This document shows, piece after piece, positions 10,740-20,968 of a stretch of DNA of 64,000 bases (the stretch's first letter is position 1; the number at the start of each line of letters is the position of its first letter). The notes under the pieces are model-generated. The model saw only the letters and a list, made by a program, of their open reading frames with translations. It was not told the DNA's origin and did not search any database. The stretch spans positions 2,656,001 to 2,720,000 of the forward strand of contig OY820579.1 of the NCBI GenBank assembly GCA_963681965.1, read 5' to 3'. Position numbers and translations under genes: made by a program. Source of the DNA: a bacterium. Lineage in GTDB: Bacteria > Electryoneota > JAOADG01.

Positions 10740-13700
10740 ATGAGCCCAAAGACTATTCCGTTAAGTGGAGAATCAAACGATATCGATTGCACTTATCGAG
10801 TAATTTTTGAGAATGCATTAGAAGGTATCGTATTTACCGATTCTACCCAACAGCTTATCGAGGTTAATCCTTCGTGTTGTAAGATTCTAGGTTATGATCG
10901 CACGGAGTTACTTCAATTATCAATCTTCGACCTGCTCATTGAGGATGATTTCGAAGCAAAGAAACAAGATGTCGATGAATTTCTATCGGGTAAATTGAAT
11001 TTTGTGGAACAGAGATTACGTCGGAAAGATGGTTTACCTATACACGTAGAGTTAATAGCAAAAAAGCTACCTGACGGACGATTATTATATTTGATTTACG
11101 ATATAACTAAAAGCAAAAATACTGAAGCGACGTCTAAGCTTACCGAGCAAGGAATACAAAACATTCTCAAAAATTCTCCTTTTGGTTCTCACCATTACGA
11201 ATTACAACCGGGAAATCGACTCGTTTTCACAGGAGCAAATCCCGCAGCCGATGCAATTCTAGGTGTTGATAATTCTCAATTCATTGGTAAAACAATCGAA
11301 GAGGCATTCCCTTTACTGGCACAAACTGAAATTCCCGATAAGTATCGGTTAGCAGCTTCAACAGGAGAGCGATTCTCTACTCAACAACTTTCCTATCAGG
11401 ACGAGAAAATTGTTGGTGCTTTTGAAGTCTTCGCTTTTCAGACAATTCCAAACCATGTAACTGCATTCTTTATTAACGTGACCGAAAGAATGCAGACCGA
11501 AGAAGCACTGCGAGACAGTGAATCGAAGTACCGTAGATTATTCGAGACGATGGTACAGGGAATTGTGTATCAATCCAGTGATGGCTCTATCACATCAGCC
11601 AATCCTTCTGCGGAGAAGATTTTAGGACTTACTCTTGATCAGATGCAAGGTAAGACATCGATGGATCCGGATTGGAATGCAATTAATGAGGATGGTAAAC
11701 CGCTTAAGGGTGATGATCACCCAGCAATGGTTGCACTTCGAACCGGAAGAGTCGTTGAAAATTTTATAATGGGTGTTGCAAATAATAGGACGAATAATTA
11801 CACATGGATATCTGTAACGGCTACACCACAATTCAAACCGGGTGAATCCAAGCCTTATCAAGTTTATGCTACGTTTGACGATATTACCGAGAGTAAAATA
11901 GCTCTTAACAAACTACAGGAAAGCGAAGAGCGTTTTCGCACTTTGTTCCAAGGGGCGAATGAAGGAATATTTCTCTTATCTGAGGATGGAAACGAGTTAT
12001 TAGCAGTTAATGAATCGTTTGCGCGGATGCACGGTTATACTTTGGAGGAAATGAAAAACATTTCTTTACGAGATCTGGATACCCCAGAATCGGCTGCCAA
12101 AGTGCAAGAACGAATGAAACTCCTACTAACCGGAGAAGCACTACTCATTGAAGTGGAGCACATTCATAAAGATGGTTCATGTTTCCCACTGGAAGTATCT
12201 GCTAGCTTAGTGACATTCAACGGAAAGAAAGCCATACAGTGTTTTCACCGCGACATTTCCGAAAGAAAAAAAACTGAAGTGATGCTCCGTGAAATAATCG
12301 AGCAAAACCCGTTATCTATTCAGATTGTCGATGAAAACGGTTATACGATAAAAGTCAATCCTGCCCATACTTTGTTATTCGGTGCTATTCCACCACCCGA
12401 TTTTTCGATCTTTGATGATCTTGCGAGAAGAAGTCCGGAGTTGGAAATAATTATCAAACGGATTAAGAATGGCGAAGTCGTTCATTTTCCGGATATGTAT
12501 TACAATGTTCACGATGTGAATCCAGAATTACCCGATAATCCGGTATGGATCAGAGCCGTTGTGTTTCCACTCAAAGATAATAACATCAATACCGGTACAT
12601 TCGTCGTTGTGCACGAAAATATTACCGATCAAAAAATAGCAGAGAACGAAAAAGAAAAGCTAGAAACTCAGCTCCAACAGGCTCAGAAGATGGAGTCGAT
12701 TGGCAGACTGGCAGGTGGTGTAGCACACGACTTCAATAATATGCTTGGGGTAATCCTCGGGCATGCAGAAATTTCGCTTGAAACGTTACCGAACGTACAT
12801 CCAATTCGAAAAGATTTGGAAGAAATTCGACTTGCAGCGAACCGATCAGCCGATTTGACTCGACAATTACTAGCTTTTGCTCGAAAACAAACGATCGCAC
12901 CGAGAGTGTTAGATCTGAACGAAGCAATTTCAGATACGTTGAAAATGCTTCATCGACTAATCGGTGAGAATATCTCTCTTTCTTGGTTACCTGCTGCTGG
13001 ATTGTGGAATGTTAAAATCGATCCGTCACAGATTGATCAAATTCTTGCCAATCTCTGTGTCAATGCACGCGATGCTATCGATGGAGTTGGAAAAATTGTG
13101 ATTGAAACAAAAAATTGTTCGTTCAATTCCGAGTATTGTGCTAGCAATATCGGTTTTGAACCGGGTGAATTTGTTCGAATTTCAATCAGCGATAGCGGTT
13201 CTGGTATGGATGTGGAAACCCTTTCACATGTATTTGAACCCTTTTTTACGACCAAGGAAGTCGGAAAAGGGACGGGATTAGGGTTGGCAACGGTTTACGG
13301 AGCGATCAAACAAAACAATGGTTTTGTGAATGTGAATAGCACTTTGGGTCAGGGAACGATCTTTTCTATTTATATTCCACGTTATATTTCGACTACCGAC
13401 AATGAAACACATGAAATTGTTCTCGAAGTAAACCAGCACGGGAATGAGACGATATTGCTAGTGGAAGACGAACCTGCAATTCTGAGGTTAACAACAACAG
13501 TTTTGCAAAACCATGGTTACAACGTTCTCACAGCAAGTACTCCTAAGGAAGCGATTCAAATTGCTCAAGCACCAAACGTGAAATTCGACCTTTTAATCAC
13601 CGATGTGGTAATGCCAGAGATGAATGGTAGAGAGCTTTCTAAGATTCTTGGTTCGATCTTTCCGAACCTGAAACACTTATTCATGTCCGGATACACTGCT

Positions 13701-13811
13701 GACATCATTGCTAGTCAAGGTGTATTGGATGAAAATGTCAATTTCATTCAGAAACCTTTCTCCATGCGCGAGATTACCTCGAAAGTAAGAGAGATGTTAG
13801 ATCGAAAGTAG
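10740..13811 (+). CDS. Cytoplasmic multi-PAS hybrid sensor histidine kinase (PAS x4-5, HisKA, HATPase, REC)
   Basis: Repeated PAS/PAC segments, H-box AGGVAHDFNNML, NLCVNARDA, GKGTGLGLA, and a C-terminal receiver ILLVEDE...TDVVMPEMNG. Confidence 0.93.
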   Translation: MSPKTIPLSGESNDIDCTYRVIFENALEGIVFTDSTQQLIEVNPSCCKILGYDRTELLQLSIFDLLIEDDFEAKKQDVDEFLSGKLNFVEQRLRRKDGLPIHVELIAKKLPDGRLLYLIYDITKSKNTEATSKLTEQGIQNILKNSPFGSHHYELQPGNRLVFTGANPAADAILGVDNSQFIGKTIEEAFPLLAQTEIPDKYRLAASTGERFSTQQLSYQDEKIVGAFEVFAFQTIPNHVTAFFINVTERMQTEEALRDSESKYRRLFETMVQGIVYQSSDGSITSANPSAEKILGLTLDQMQGKTSMDPDWNAINEDGKPLKGDDHPAMVALRTGRVVENFIMGVANNRTNNYTWISVTATPQFKPGESKPYQVYATFDDITESKIALNKLQESEERFRTLFQGANEGIFLLSEDGNELLAVNESFARMHGYTLEEMKNISLRDLDTPESAAKVQERMKLLLTGEALLIEVEHIHKDGSCFPLEVSASLVTFNGKKAIQCFHRDISERKKTEVMLREIIEQNPLSIQIVDENGYTIKVNPAHTLLFGAIPPPDFSIFDDLARRSPELEIIIKRIKNGEVVHFPDMYYNVHDVNPELPDNPVWIRAVVFPLKDNNINTGTFVVVHENITDQKIAENEKEKLETQLQQAQKMESIGRLAGGVAHDFNNMLGVILGHAEISLETLPNVHPIRKDLEEIRLAANRSADLTRQLLAFARKQTIAPRVLDLNEAISDTLKMLHRLIGENISLSWLPAAGLWNVKIDPSQIDQILANLCVNARDAIDGVGKIVIETKNCSFNSEYCASNIGFEPGEFVRISISDSGSGMDVETLSHVFEPFFTTKEVGKGTGLGLATVYGAIKQNNGFVNVNSTLGQGTIFSIYIPRYISTTDNETHEIVLEVNQHGNETILLVEDEPAILRLTTTVLQNHGYNVLTASTPKEAIQIAQAPNVKFDLLITDVVMPEMNGRELSKILGSIFPNLKHLFMSGYTADIIASQGVLDENVNFIQKPFSMREITSKVREMLDRK

Positions 13812-14293
13812 TGATCGAGTATAAAGATACCGGATCGTTGCTACATCTATATAATTATGACTGACCAATCAGTGAGTCCGTTTGCAATAATTTGTGATGA
13901 TTACAATTACCCCAACTTTACCTGATCTTGATCCCTAACTCAGAAGCAATTTTGTGTCTAGATCGCTTTGATCTAGTCTAGATTTATCTCCGTCATTGCC
14001 TCTGATTAATGGAACACTCATAATCATATTTCTCGAATATATACATAATATGACGCTATCTAAACAGTCATTATGACTAATCTTCTCCCATTTCTATTCA
14101 CATCAATTGTCACTCCGGTTGTACTAGTGTTCGACGAAACTACATAAAATACCTCGAAATTGTTCCCTCTAGAAGACCAGGTTAAGACGTATCACATAAA
14201 AATTGGAATTATGAATCCGAAATCATACAAGATATTACAATTGTTCACAATGAGATGTGAGTATGAGACGTAAGCAAAGAATTATTGGGAGAA

Positions 14294-14698
14294 ATGATGA
14301 AGATTATCCTTACGAGAGAAGATGTGAATTCGTATCTTGAAAAGCATCCATTCACTTCAGTGGTACTAACACTCGAATCAGTTGTTCTCGATCAGCTTAG
14401 ATTCAAGGTAACTGGTAACGTTCCTGCGGTGCCAATCGAAATCAGTATGCACTTTACTTTGACTGAGATAACCGCGACAAAATTCAATGGAGTATCTGGA
14501 AGTTTTCAATTGAATTTACCCATCCTTTTGAAGCCGTTTAGAGGTATCATTGAAAATTATTTACAAAACAAGCTTCCATTCCTCAACTTTCAAACCACAC
14601 GGTTTTCCTATCCTATACCACTCGAAATATGGAATCACTTATCTTCGGTTTCTATCAAGTTAGATACCGATGAAATTAACATGAGTGTTGCAATTTAA
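14294..14698 (+). CDS. Hypothetical protein (~134 aa)
   Basis: ORF with GGGAG upstream of ATGATG at 14294/14297; isolated in AT-rich DNA; no motif recognised. Confidence 0.6.
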   Translation: MMKIILTREDVNSYLEKHPFTSVVLTLESVVLDQLRFKVTGNVPAVPIEISMHFTLTEITATKFNGVSGSFQLNLPILLKPFRGIIENYLQNKLPFLNFQTTRFSYPIPLEIWNHLSSVSIKLDTDEINMSVAI

Positions 14699-14816
14699 CT
14701 TTCGAAGACCGGAAAGGAGTTTCGTGAAGGACTTTGTGAGATTTCGAGTCTTTTGATTAGTATCGTTACGAAGTTATTTGAGTGTGAAATATAAAATACA
14801 TTGAAGTAGTAGTATT

Positions 14817-17426
14817 CTATTCAACCACAATTTCATCACAGAAGAGCCATGCTTTACCACCCTTTCCTGGATGCCATTCAGGACATCGAAGAACTCCTTT
14901 TCCAATTACACGAACGAACCGAATATTTTCCTGTGAGATTGAAACAGAGAAATCTTTAATTTGTACTGAATTCGCATTGGAAGCAGGTTTTGAATTTGCG
15001 TGATGAATTTCTCCAACTTTCATAAACGATTTATTATCACTAGAAGTATAGAATTCGACTTTTGTTGGAAGGAAGATCCAATCGTCAATTGAACTCAGAA
15101 ATCCGATTGAAACTTTTTGTACTTGTTTTGATTCGACAAGATCTATCGTTGCTTCGAGATCGACCCCTTCAAATCCTTGCCACTCACCCGACGAGTAATT
15201 ATAGGATCCTTTGATACCGTCGGTTAAAGCACTCTTGCCAGAAGCTGGATACTTTTCGTTGAATGGGTATTTAAAATTGATCGGTTTATTCAAAGCTAGG
15301 TGCTTGATACCCGAACAACCTAAAGGTTTTATTGTTTTGAAGACATTCATTTTTTCTTGAGTGGAGGTGTTATACACCGCAATCGATGGAAAGTTATCAC
15401 TACTCTCTTTCTCAACAGGATAAATTGTGATTGCATTGCCACTTGCACGAGAAAGAGGCGCAATTATTGTGTCAGAAGCAGTGACCAAATAATTACCAAT
15501 TTCTACTTTCTCAGGATCCTTTTCCCAGTTGGTCAGTTTCGAATCTCCATAAACCGTAGCTATATACTTTCTACCTTTTTCGAGAAATGGGAGCGGGATG
15601 GAAAGTGTTCTACTTTCTTCATCGGTCACAGACCCAATAAACCAACGGTCTTTGCTTCTTCTAGCAATTGTTACATAATGACCAATACTCGCAATAATTA
15701 CTTTCGTTTCATCCCACGTACACGGTACCTTTTCAATAAACTTAAAAGCTGGACTATTCGAATAATTTTCGATCATGTCCGAAACCATCATCAGTGGACT
15801 GTAGAAAATGACGTACAGTGCTAACTGATTGGTAAGTGTACAATAGAGTCGTTTATTTTTCTCGGGTGAGTGATTCACCCGGAAGATCCCAGGAGTGTAG
15901 TCTGCCGGTCCAGCAAGAAATCGGGTGAAGGGGAGGATGGTAACATGTTGGGGAGGAGTTGCCTTGTAGGTTGCATTCCATTCGTTCCCACGAATAGCCT
16001 CTTGTGAAACGAGGTTTGGCCATGTTCGATCGAGACCGGTTGGTTTGATACTTTCATGCACATCGAGTGCCACATGATATTTTGCAGCGGTTTCTACAAC
16101 TTTTTGAAAATGTCGCACCATAAATTGACCATGATGGTGGTACCCGCTTGGAAGTATCGAACCTGCATATCCAGTCTTTACTGTGGTAATGCCAAGTCTT
16201 TGACATAAGGAAAAAGCATCTTCGAGCTGCGCTTCATAGACTGGAATATTACCTCCGGTTTCATGATGGGAGATAAATTGTACATTCTTAGATTTCGAGT
16301 ATTTAACGACCTCTTCCAGATTAAAATCGGGAGTAGCTTTGCAGAAATTCTGTAATGGTGTTTTTCCCGGTGCCCAACTTTCCCAACCCACATTCCATCC
16401 TTCGGCTAAAACCCCCTCAATATGATGAGTCGCTGCAAAGTCGATGTATTCTTTGGTTCGCTTGGTTGTTGCCCCGTGTTTTGGACCCTGAAACCATGTG
16501 TATTTTCCCAGATGCATTCCCCACCAAATCCCGACAAACTTCATCGGTTTGATCCATGAATAATCAGTGATTCGATTGGGTTCATTAAGATTCTGAATTA
16601 AGTGAGATTCAATTAATTCACCGGGTGTACGGGCGATCATTATGACTCGCCATGGCGTCGTAAAAGGCGCTTTCACGCGGGCACAAACGCCATCTGGTTC
16701 AGGCCAGAGCGAAGATATAAACGAGAGTGAATCGGCTTTCGCTTTTTTTAGCGTCATTTCGGAATAGTTGATCAACGCGGCTTCATGAATAGATAGGGCG
16801 AGACCATCGTTTCGCTCAATTGTAAAGGGAGTATTGGCATCTGTGATTTTATCAATCGGTGTGTGTCGATAAAGGGATTCGTATGCGAACTCATTGGCGG
16901 GAATCCACCAGGCGCTGTCATTCGATGTGAAGTTGAATTCGCTGTTTTCGTTAGTGATAAATAGGCTGTCTTGATTGTGAATTCCAGCGATGATGTATCT
17001 GAACGCAATTCCATTATCGTAGGCTCGAGCGATTAACTGGATGATGCGTCGATTTTGATCAATTTCTTGAAAAGTAATCCATGTTTCATTGTAGTTATTC
17101 CTGATAGAGGACGAAAAACCAAGAACAGGATTCCAAGTTTCATCGCAGGAACTCTTTTTTACATCGACAATTTGTAGTTGTGTTCCCAATGGGGGTTGAT
17201 TTTTGAATTCGAATGAGAAAGAAGATTTTCGCAAGATGACAGTGTTATCGCAAAAAACAGTATATGACGGTATTCCATTTTCCAGTGTAAGTCGAAATTC
17301 GATTTTGAAATCAGGGGAAGGGAGAGTGATCTCTGAATATTTTTGAATACACGATGCTAAACAGAAAATTTGAAATATGCCCAAACAACAATAAGCTATT
17401 CTCTTAATTATTGAAATATCGATCAT
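14817..17426 (-). CDS. Glycoside hydrolase family 97 (SusB-like alpha-glucosidase/galactosidase) with C-terminal F5/8-type C (discoidin-like) domain; possible lipoprotein
   Basis: GH97 motifs WIKPMKFVGIWWGMH, YIDFAA, EGWN, HHETGG, RTWPN...EAIRGNEW and PADYTPGIF. C-terminal LTDG...WQGFEG...AWLFCDEIVVE. Probable start ATG 17426; LAS-C lipobox-like. Confidence 0.92.
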   Translation of the reverse strand: MIDISIIKRIAYCCLGIFQIFCLASCIQKYSEITLPSPDFKIEFRLTLENGIPSYTVFCDNTVILRKSSFSFEFKNQPPLGTQLQIVDVKKSSCDETWNPVLGFSSSIRNNYNETWITFQEIDQNRRIIQLIARAYDNGIAFRYIIAGIHNQDSLFITNENSEFNFTSNDSAWWIPANEFAYESLYRHTPIDKITDANTPFTIERNDGLALSIHEAALINYSEMTLKKAKADSLSFISSLWPEPDGVCARVKAPFTTPWRVIMIARTPGELIESHLIQNLNEPNRITDYSWIKPMKFVGIWWGMHLGKYTWFQGPKHGATTKRTKEYIDFAATHHIEGVLAEGWNVGWESWAPGKTPLQNFCKATPDFNLEEVVKYSKSKNVQFISHHETGGNIPVYEAQLEDAFSLCQRLGITTVKTGYAGSILPSGYHHHGQFMVRHFQKVVETAAKYHVALDVHESIKPTGLDRTWPNLVSQEAIRGNEWNATYKATPPQHVTILPFTRFLAGPADYTPGIFRVNHSPEKNKRLYCTLTNQLALYVIFYSPLMMVSDMIENYSNSPAFKFIEKVPCTWDETKVIIASIGHYVTIARRSKDRWFIGSVTDEESRTLSIPLPFLEKGRKYIATVYGDSKLTNWEKDPEKVEIGNYLVTASDTIIAPLSRASGNAITIYPVEKESSDNFPSIAVYNTSTQEKMNVFKTIKPLGCSGIKHLALNKPINFKYPFNEKYPASGKSALTDGIKGSYNYSSGEWQGFEGVDLEATIDLVESKQVQKVSIGFLSSIDDWIFLPTKVEFYTSSDNKSFMKVGEIHHANSKPASNANSVQIKDFSVSISQENIRFVRVIGKGVLRCPEWHPGKGGKAWLFCDEIVVE

Positions 17427-17668
17427 TAGAATTGTCCATTTGCGAGATAAACACCAGCGATCTGGTTTGTCTCTTTCCAAAGTATAGAATCAAAGAATTC
17501 TTCTTTCAGCAACAGCTTCTGTCTACAGTTAATGTGTTCGAGGTAAACGTAGCGATCGATTAATCGATTTGTTGGCTGTTTCTTCAATCCCGATCATGTC
17601 GGTTAAATTGATGAAGCAACAACCCAGTGATTAGTTGAACGCACATTACTCATTCCGATATACAATAC

Positions 17669-18235
17669 TTACTTAACGAACTCGATCGTACCGTCAGGTT
17701 TCAACTTCACATGCTTTCCCTTTTTAAGCTGTTGACCGTGGTAGTTCACGGTACTTGCTACCTTCGCATACTTCAGCTTTCCGTTCTCGTAGAAGTAAGT
17801 GCGTCCACCACCGCCAAAAAGTTCCGTCCAGAAAGTACCGACATCGCACGGTACGCCATCGATAGTCTGAACTTCCGATAAACCGCCGCTCGCCAGTCTG
17901 CCGCTAGGAAAAAATTCCGTCATCCAGTCATGACCACCACCCTGCATCGGGTGACCCTGTACGACCCAATTCTTGCCAAGAAAACACCAATCCATTACAC
18001 CACTTTTAGTGAAGTGAAATCCTGTGTTCGCTGGAAACCTGTGTCCGAACAAACTATCATCCTTCACGATGCGTGCAAATTCGAGTGTATCATTCTGATA
18101 GAATTCAACCTCACCTGAAACGAGTAATCCATGTATCATTGTGGGTGTTGCGTATTTTTGAAATCGCGTATCGCTCGCTGCTAAAGCGGCTATGCTGATT
18201 ATTCCGGACAAGAGTATTATTACTAACTGACGCAT
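17669..18235 (-). CDS. Secreted hypothetical protein with MORN-variant/YwqK-like repeats
   Basis: Signal peptide; repeated units VEFYQNDTL, FHFTKSGVM, TEFFPSGRL and TYFYENGKL. Confidence 0.7.
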   Translation of the reverse strand: MRQLVIILLSGIISIAALAASDTRFQKYATPTMIHGLLVSGEVEFYQNDTLEFARIVKDDSLFGHRFPANTGFHFTKSGVMDWCFLGKNWVVQGHPMQGGGHDWMTEFFPSGRLASGGLSEVQTIDGVPCDVGTFWTELFGGGGRTYFYENGKLKYAKVASTVNYHGQQLKKGKHVKLKPDGTIEFVK

Positions 18236-18305
18236 GATCGTCCCATTCCGTGTGAGTTATCCGACATCGATTCGCTAAAAAAAACTTGATACCTTTAATA
18301 TTCAA

Positions 18306-19256
18306 CTATGTTACAGATTCTACTGTTTCAATTTCTTTTGATGGACGATCAGGAATGAAGAGACAGATCGCTGCAACAACCATCGGTCCACAAATGAGCA
18401 GTGCCGTTTCGATTTGACCCCACCTAAACCCTTTACCGATGATAATAACCAGTAGTGCGACGGTTACGACCAAAACAATGCTTCCAACCACTCGCGGGTA
18501 TTTCTTAGCCAACCATCCGAGCCCGGCAATTGCGAGTCCGGGAGAAATAATTAATAGCGTCTCCCAATTGAACCCAGCTTCGAATGAGGAAAACAAAGCA
18601 ACGAGGAGGCCGACTCCCATAATCATCTTCGAAGCTGCCATTCGATAATCTTTCACCAACAGTACGTTGAAGAGCGCTTTGGAAGCGAGACCAGTCATAA
18701 CAACACCAATGAACATTTCAAAAGTGTGATCGTTATGGGCAGCGTAGTAGATAGTATATGCTATCGCCATGACGATATCGGTAGCAAAGGCGATATTGCC
18801 AGAACGGTAATGCACCTGGAGTTGCCACTCGTCGAGATGCTTGCGAAAGTAGGTGAGTGCAGCTCGAATCGAGAATTGTAGATTCTGTAGGATTGTATTG
18901 TGGAATCTGCGTGAGACGATAATGACGAACAAGACGCGAACCACAACACCGATAGCGACGACCATAATAAATGAAAGGTAACAGGACTTTCCTTCGATCA
19001 GGTTCATCGCTGCAAACAGTAATGCGACAGTGTTAGTGATTCCGTAAGCAATGTTGCCGGAGCGATAGTGGATGATCATTTGTCGTTCATCCACTCGCGC
19101 CTGCTTGACACCGAACGAGGCTAGGGTGGGGCGCAACAGGTATGAACCGACTAATAAATACAACCAGAGCTGATCTTGAGTTAGGGCAAAAAGTGCCAAC
19201 GCGAGGATAAAGTTCGCAGTGGCGATCCAGAATACGATGTCTTTCGCTTTAACCAC
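18306..19256 (-). CDS. Integral membrane protein with an internal duplication (DUF2178-like 'DER...HYRSGNIA' motif twice)
   Basis: About 10 hydrophobic segments; VDERQMIIHYRSGNIAY and LDEWQLQVHYRSGNIAF; overlaps the upstream HTH gene. Confidence 0.8.
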   Translation of the reverse strand: MVKAKDIVFWIATANFILALALFALTQDQLWLYLLVGSYLLRPTLASFGVKQARVDERQMIIHYRSGNIAYGITNTVALLFAAMNLIEGKSCYLSFIMVVAIGVVVRVLFVIIVSRRFHNTILQNLQFSIRAALTYFRKHLDEWQLQVHYRSGNIAFATDIVMAIAYTIYYAAHNDHTFEMFIGVVMTGLASKALFNVLLVKDYRMAASKMIMGVGLLVALFSSFEAGFNWETLLIISPGLAIAGLGWLAKKYPRVVGSIVLVVTVALLVIIIGKGFRWGQIETALLICGPMVVAAICLFIPDRPSKEIETVESVT

Positions 19257-19458
19257 GATCCTTTTCCTCCAATATAAATATCTCTTCCACCGTGACCCCC
19301 AATTTCTCCGCCAGTTGAAGGGCTAACTTGACAGATGGTGCATAATCCCCCTGTTCTATGGAGATGATCGTCTGTCGCGACACGCCAATCAGCTCAGCAA
19401 GCTGCTGCTGACTAAGCTCGCCCTTCAGGAACCGGTACTTTCTCAAATTGGTTTTCAT
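19249..19458 (-). CDS. XRE/Cro-C1 family helix-turn-helix transcriptional regulator
   Basis: 69 aa; LSQQQLAELIGVSRQTIISIEQGDYAPSVKLA is a classic HTH_3 pattern. Confidence 0.93.
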   Translation of the reverse strand: MKTNLRKYRFLKGELSQQQLAELIGVSRQTIISIEQGDYAPSVKLALQLAEKLGVTVEEIFILEEKDRG

Positions 19459-19484
19459 GTCGCTTGTGCTATACCTCCGAATTG

Positions 19485-19527
19485 AATGTAAAGCTGTCTA
19501 AACATAATGTCAAGCCATCTTGACATT
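19485..19527 (-). promoter_or_regulatory. Sigma70-type promoter overlapped by tandem palindromic operators (probable autoregulation)
   Basis: Minus strand TTGACA (19513-19508), 17 bp, TACATT (19490-19485). Perfect palindrome AATGTCAAG-ccat-CTTGACATT (19506-19527) and an imperfect copy AATGTAAAG-ctgt-CTAAACATA (19485-19506). Confidence 0.75.
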
Positions 19528-19891
19528 CATAGCGAAATAAGTATGTTGTATGGATGAATAATTTATGATAAATGTATAATAGTTTTCCATGCTATTTACA
19601 CGGTGGGCTAGAAATGTAAAAAAATCGAGATCGATCATTATCGACTTGATAAAAATGAAAATTGGAACTCAGTAAGTTTGAAATGAAAAGTGGTGATTTG
19701 CGACAAGGCGTCTTCTCGCAATTCACATCTAACACCAAAATCAAAAATCACGTCTGAAGGAATTCGATCGACTATTCGCCGACAGTTTAAACAGATTGTT
19801 GACTTAATCTGATACCAGAGAAAAAAATGGGGTTAAATTGATGCTTTGGGATAGAATGAATAGAAGAAATTTCAATTCTATATTTTTCAGG

Positions 19892-20367
19892 GTCGAACCG
19901 ATTCGGTCGAAAAAAACATTGCAGCAGCAGACTTCTTTATCGATTCCGATCCCGGCTTCGGTCAGGCAACGTCTATTCCGGTAGTTGTAGGAGAAGCCGC
20001 TACTATTTCGCTTACCGCACTTCTAAGCGGTCAAGCAAATTGCAATTGTGAATTGATTGTTCGCGTAAAAAATGCCAATGGAGTGTGAAGCGTCGCAGAA
20101 CAATATAGATTTGTGATCGCAGATGTTCCCGACTCGCCTGCTTTGCTTTGGATATCCTATTTGCAATCCAGTGCAGAATTATCCTGGCAGGCTTCACCCG
20201 GAACAGTGGCGGGATATCATATCTATCGCAATCAGAGTACCTATTTCACACTATCCGCACAAGGTACGTTAATAGGTACCGTCGATGGAATTACGACCAC
20301 TTACACCGATACTAACGTGATAGATAAATATTATTACCGTGTAACCTCATTTACGAACCTTAAATGA
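19892..20367 (+). pseudogene. Decayed 3' fragment of an EYFIDxDPG-repeat protein (paralog of 63113..>64000): one repeat plus the terminal FN3-like domain
   Basis: DNA similar to 63611-63650 and 63870-64000. It has a 1-nt deletion in the A-run near 19910, an in-frame TGA at 20086-20088 where the family has Trp (NANGV*S vs NGNWS), and no 5' part. Confidence 0.85.
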
Positions 20368-20389
20368 TTAATCCATAATTATATAATAT

Positions 20390-20958
20390 TGGTTTGCCCC
20401 CATTTTCTGTACCAGTGTCTATGTCACACTGGTCTCATTCCTGCGTAGCGTAGCGGAGCAGGAATGAGAGGTAACGCAGTTTCCGGCGCCGGCGGCAGAT
20501 AGCCCAAAGAACTGTGTGGTCGGATCGTATTGTAATGGTGCCGCCATTGTTCGATAATCACCTTCGCTTCCAGCATGGTATCAAAGATTTCACCCTTCAG
20601 CAACAGTTTCAACCGACAATTAAAGCTTTCGATGTAACCATTTTGCCATGGGCTGCCGGGAGTAATAAACAACGGCTTTACATCAACCCGGGGAAGCCAT
20701 GCCAGTACTTCATTCACCGTAAACTCAGGGCCATTGTCGCTGCGAACATGAACTGGTGTACCTCGTAATACAAACAGTTCTTCCAGTACGCAAAGAACAT
20801 CATCCGCCTTGATCTTCCGGGCATCCAGGATCGAAAGATATTCGCGGGTATATTCGTCCATGATCGCGAAGACCTTGAACGAACGACCATTCGACGTATG
20901 CCACGTCACAAAGTCGAAGATCCAGACGTGATCCGGATGTTCCGGACGAAGTCTGATA
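20390..20958 (-). mobile_element. Truncated IS3-family element (one end plus the integrase-core part of orfB), related to the element at 29971-32516
   Basis: End TGGTTTGCCCCCATTTTCTGTACCAGTG matches 29971 TGATCTGCCCCCATTATTTGTACCAGTG. ORF 20424..20972 is nearly identical to 30005..30730 (RSDNGPEF, PGSPWQNGYIESFN). Similarity stops near 20955. Confidence 0.9.
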
Positions 20959-20968
20959 TTGGCAATCT

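Noticed and set aside
13958-13984. TCTAGATC/GATCTAG palindromic cluster
   Set aside because: Short and AT-rich, with no U-tract and no second copy noticed; no function can be supported.
19892-20055. Possible diversity-generating retroelement template/variable pair with 63870-64000
   Set aside because: Mismatches are not adenine-specific (G/C, C/T and T/G changes), and no reverse transcriptase is present in the window.
20086-20088. In-frame TGA at a Trp position as evidence of TGA recoding
   Set aside because: Other genes here end in TGA (kdpE, kdpA neighbours such as TlpA) and use TGG for Trp; the fragment also has a frameshift and no 5' end.
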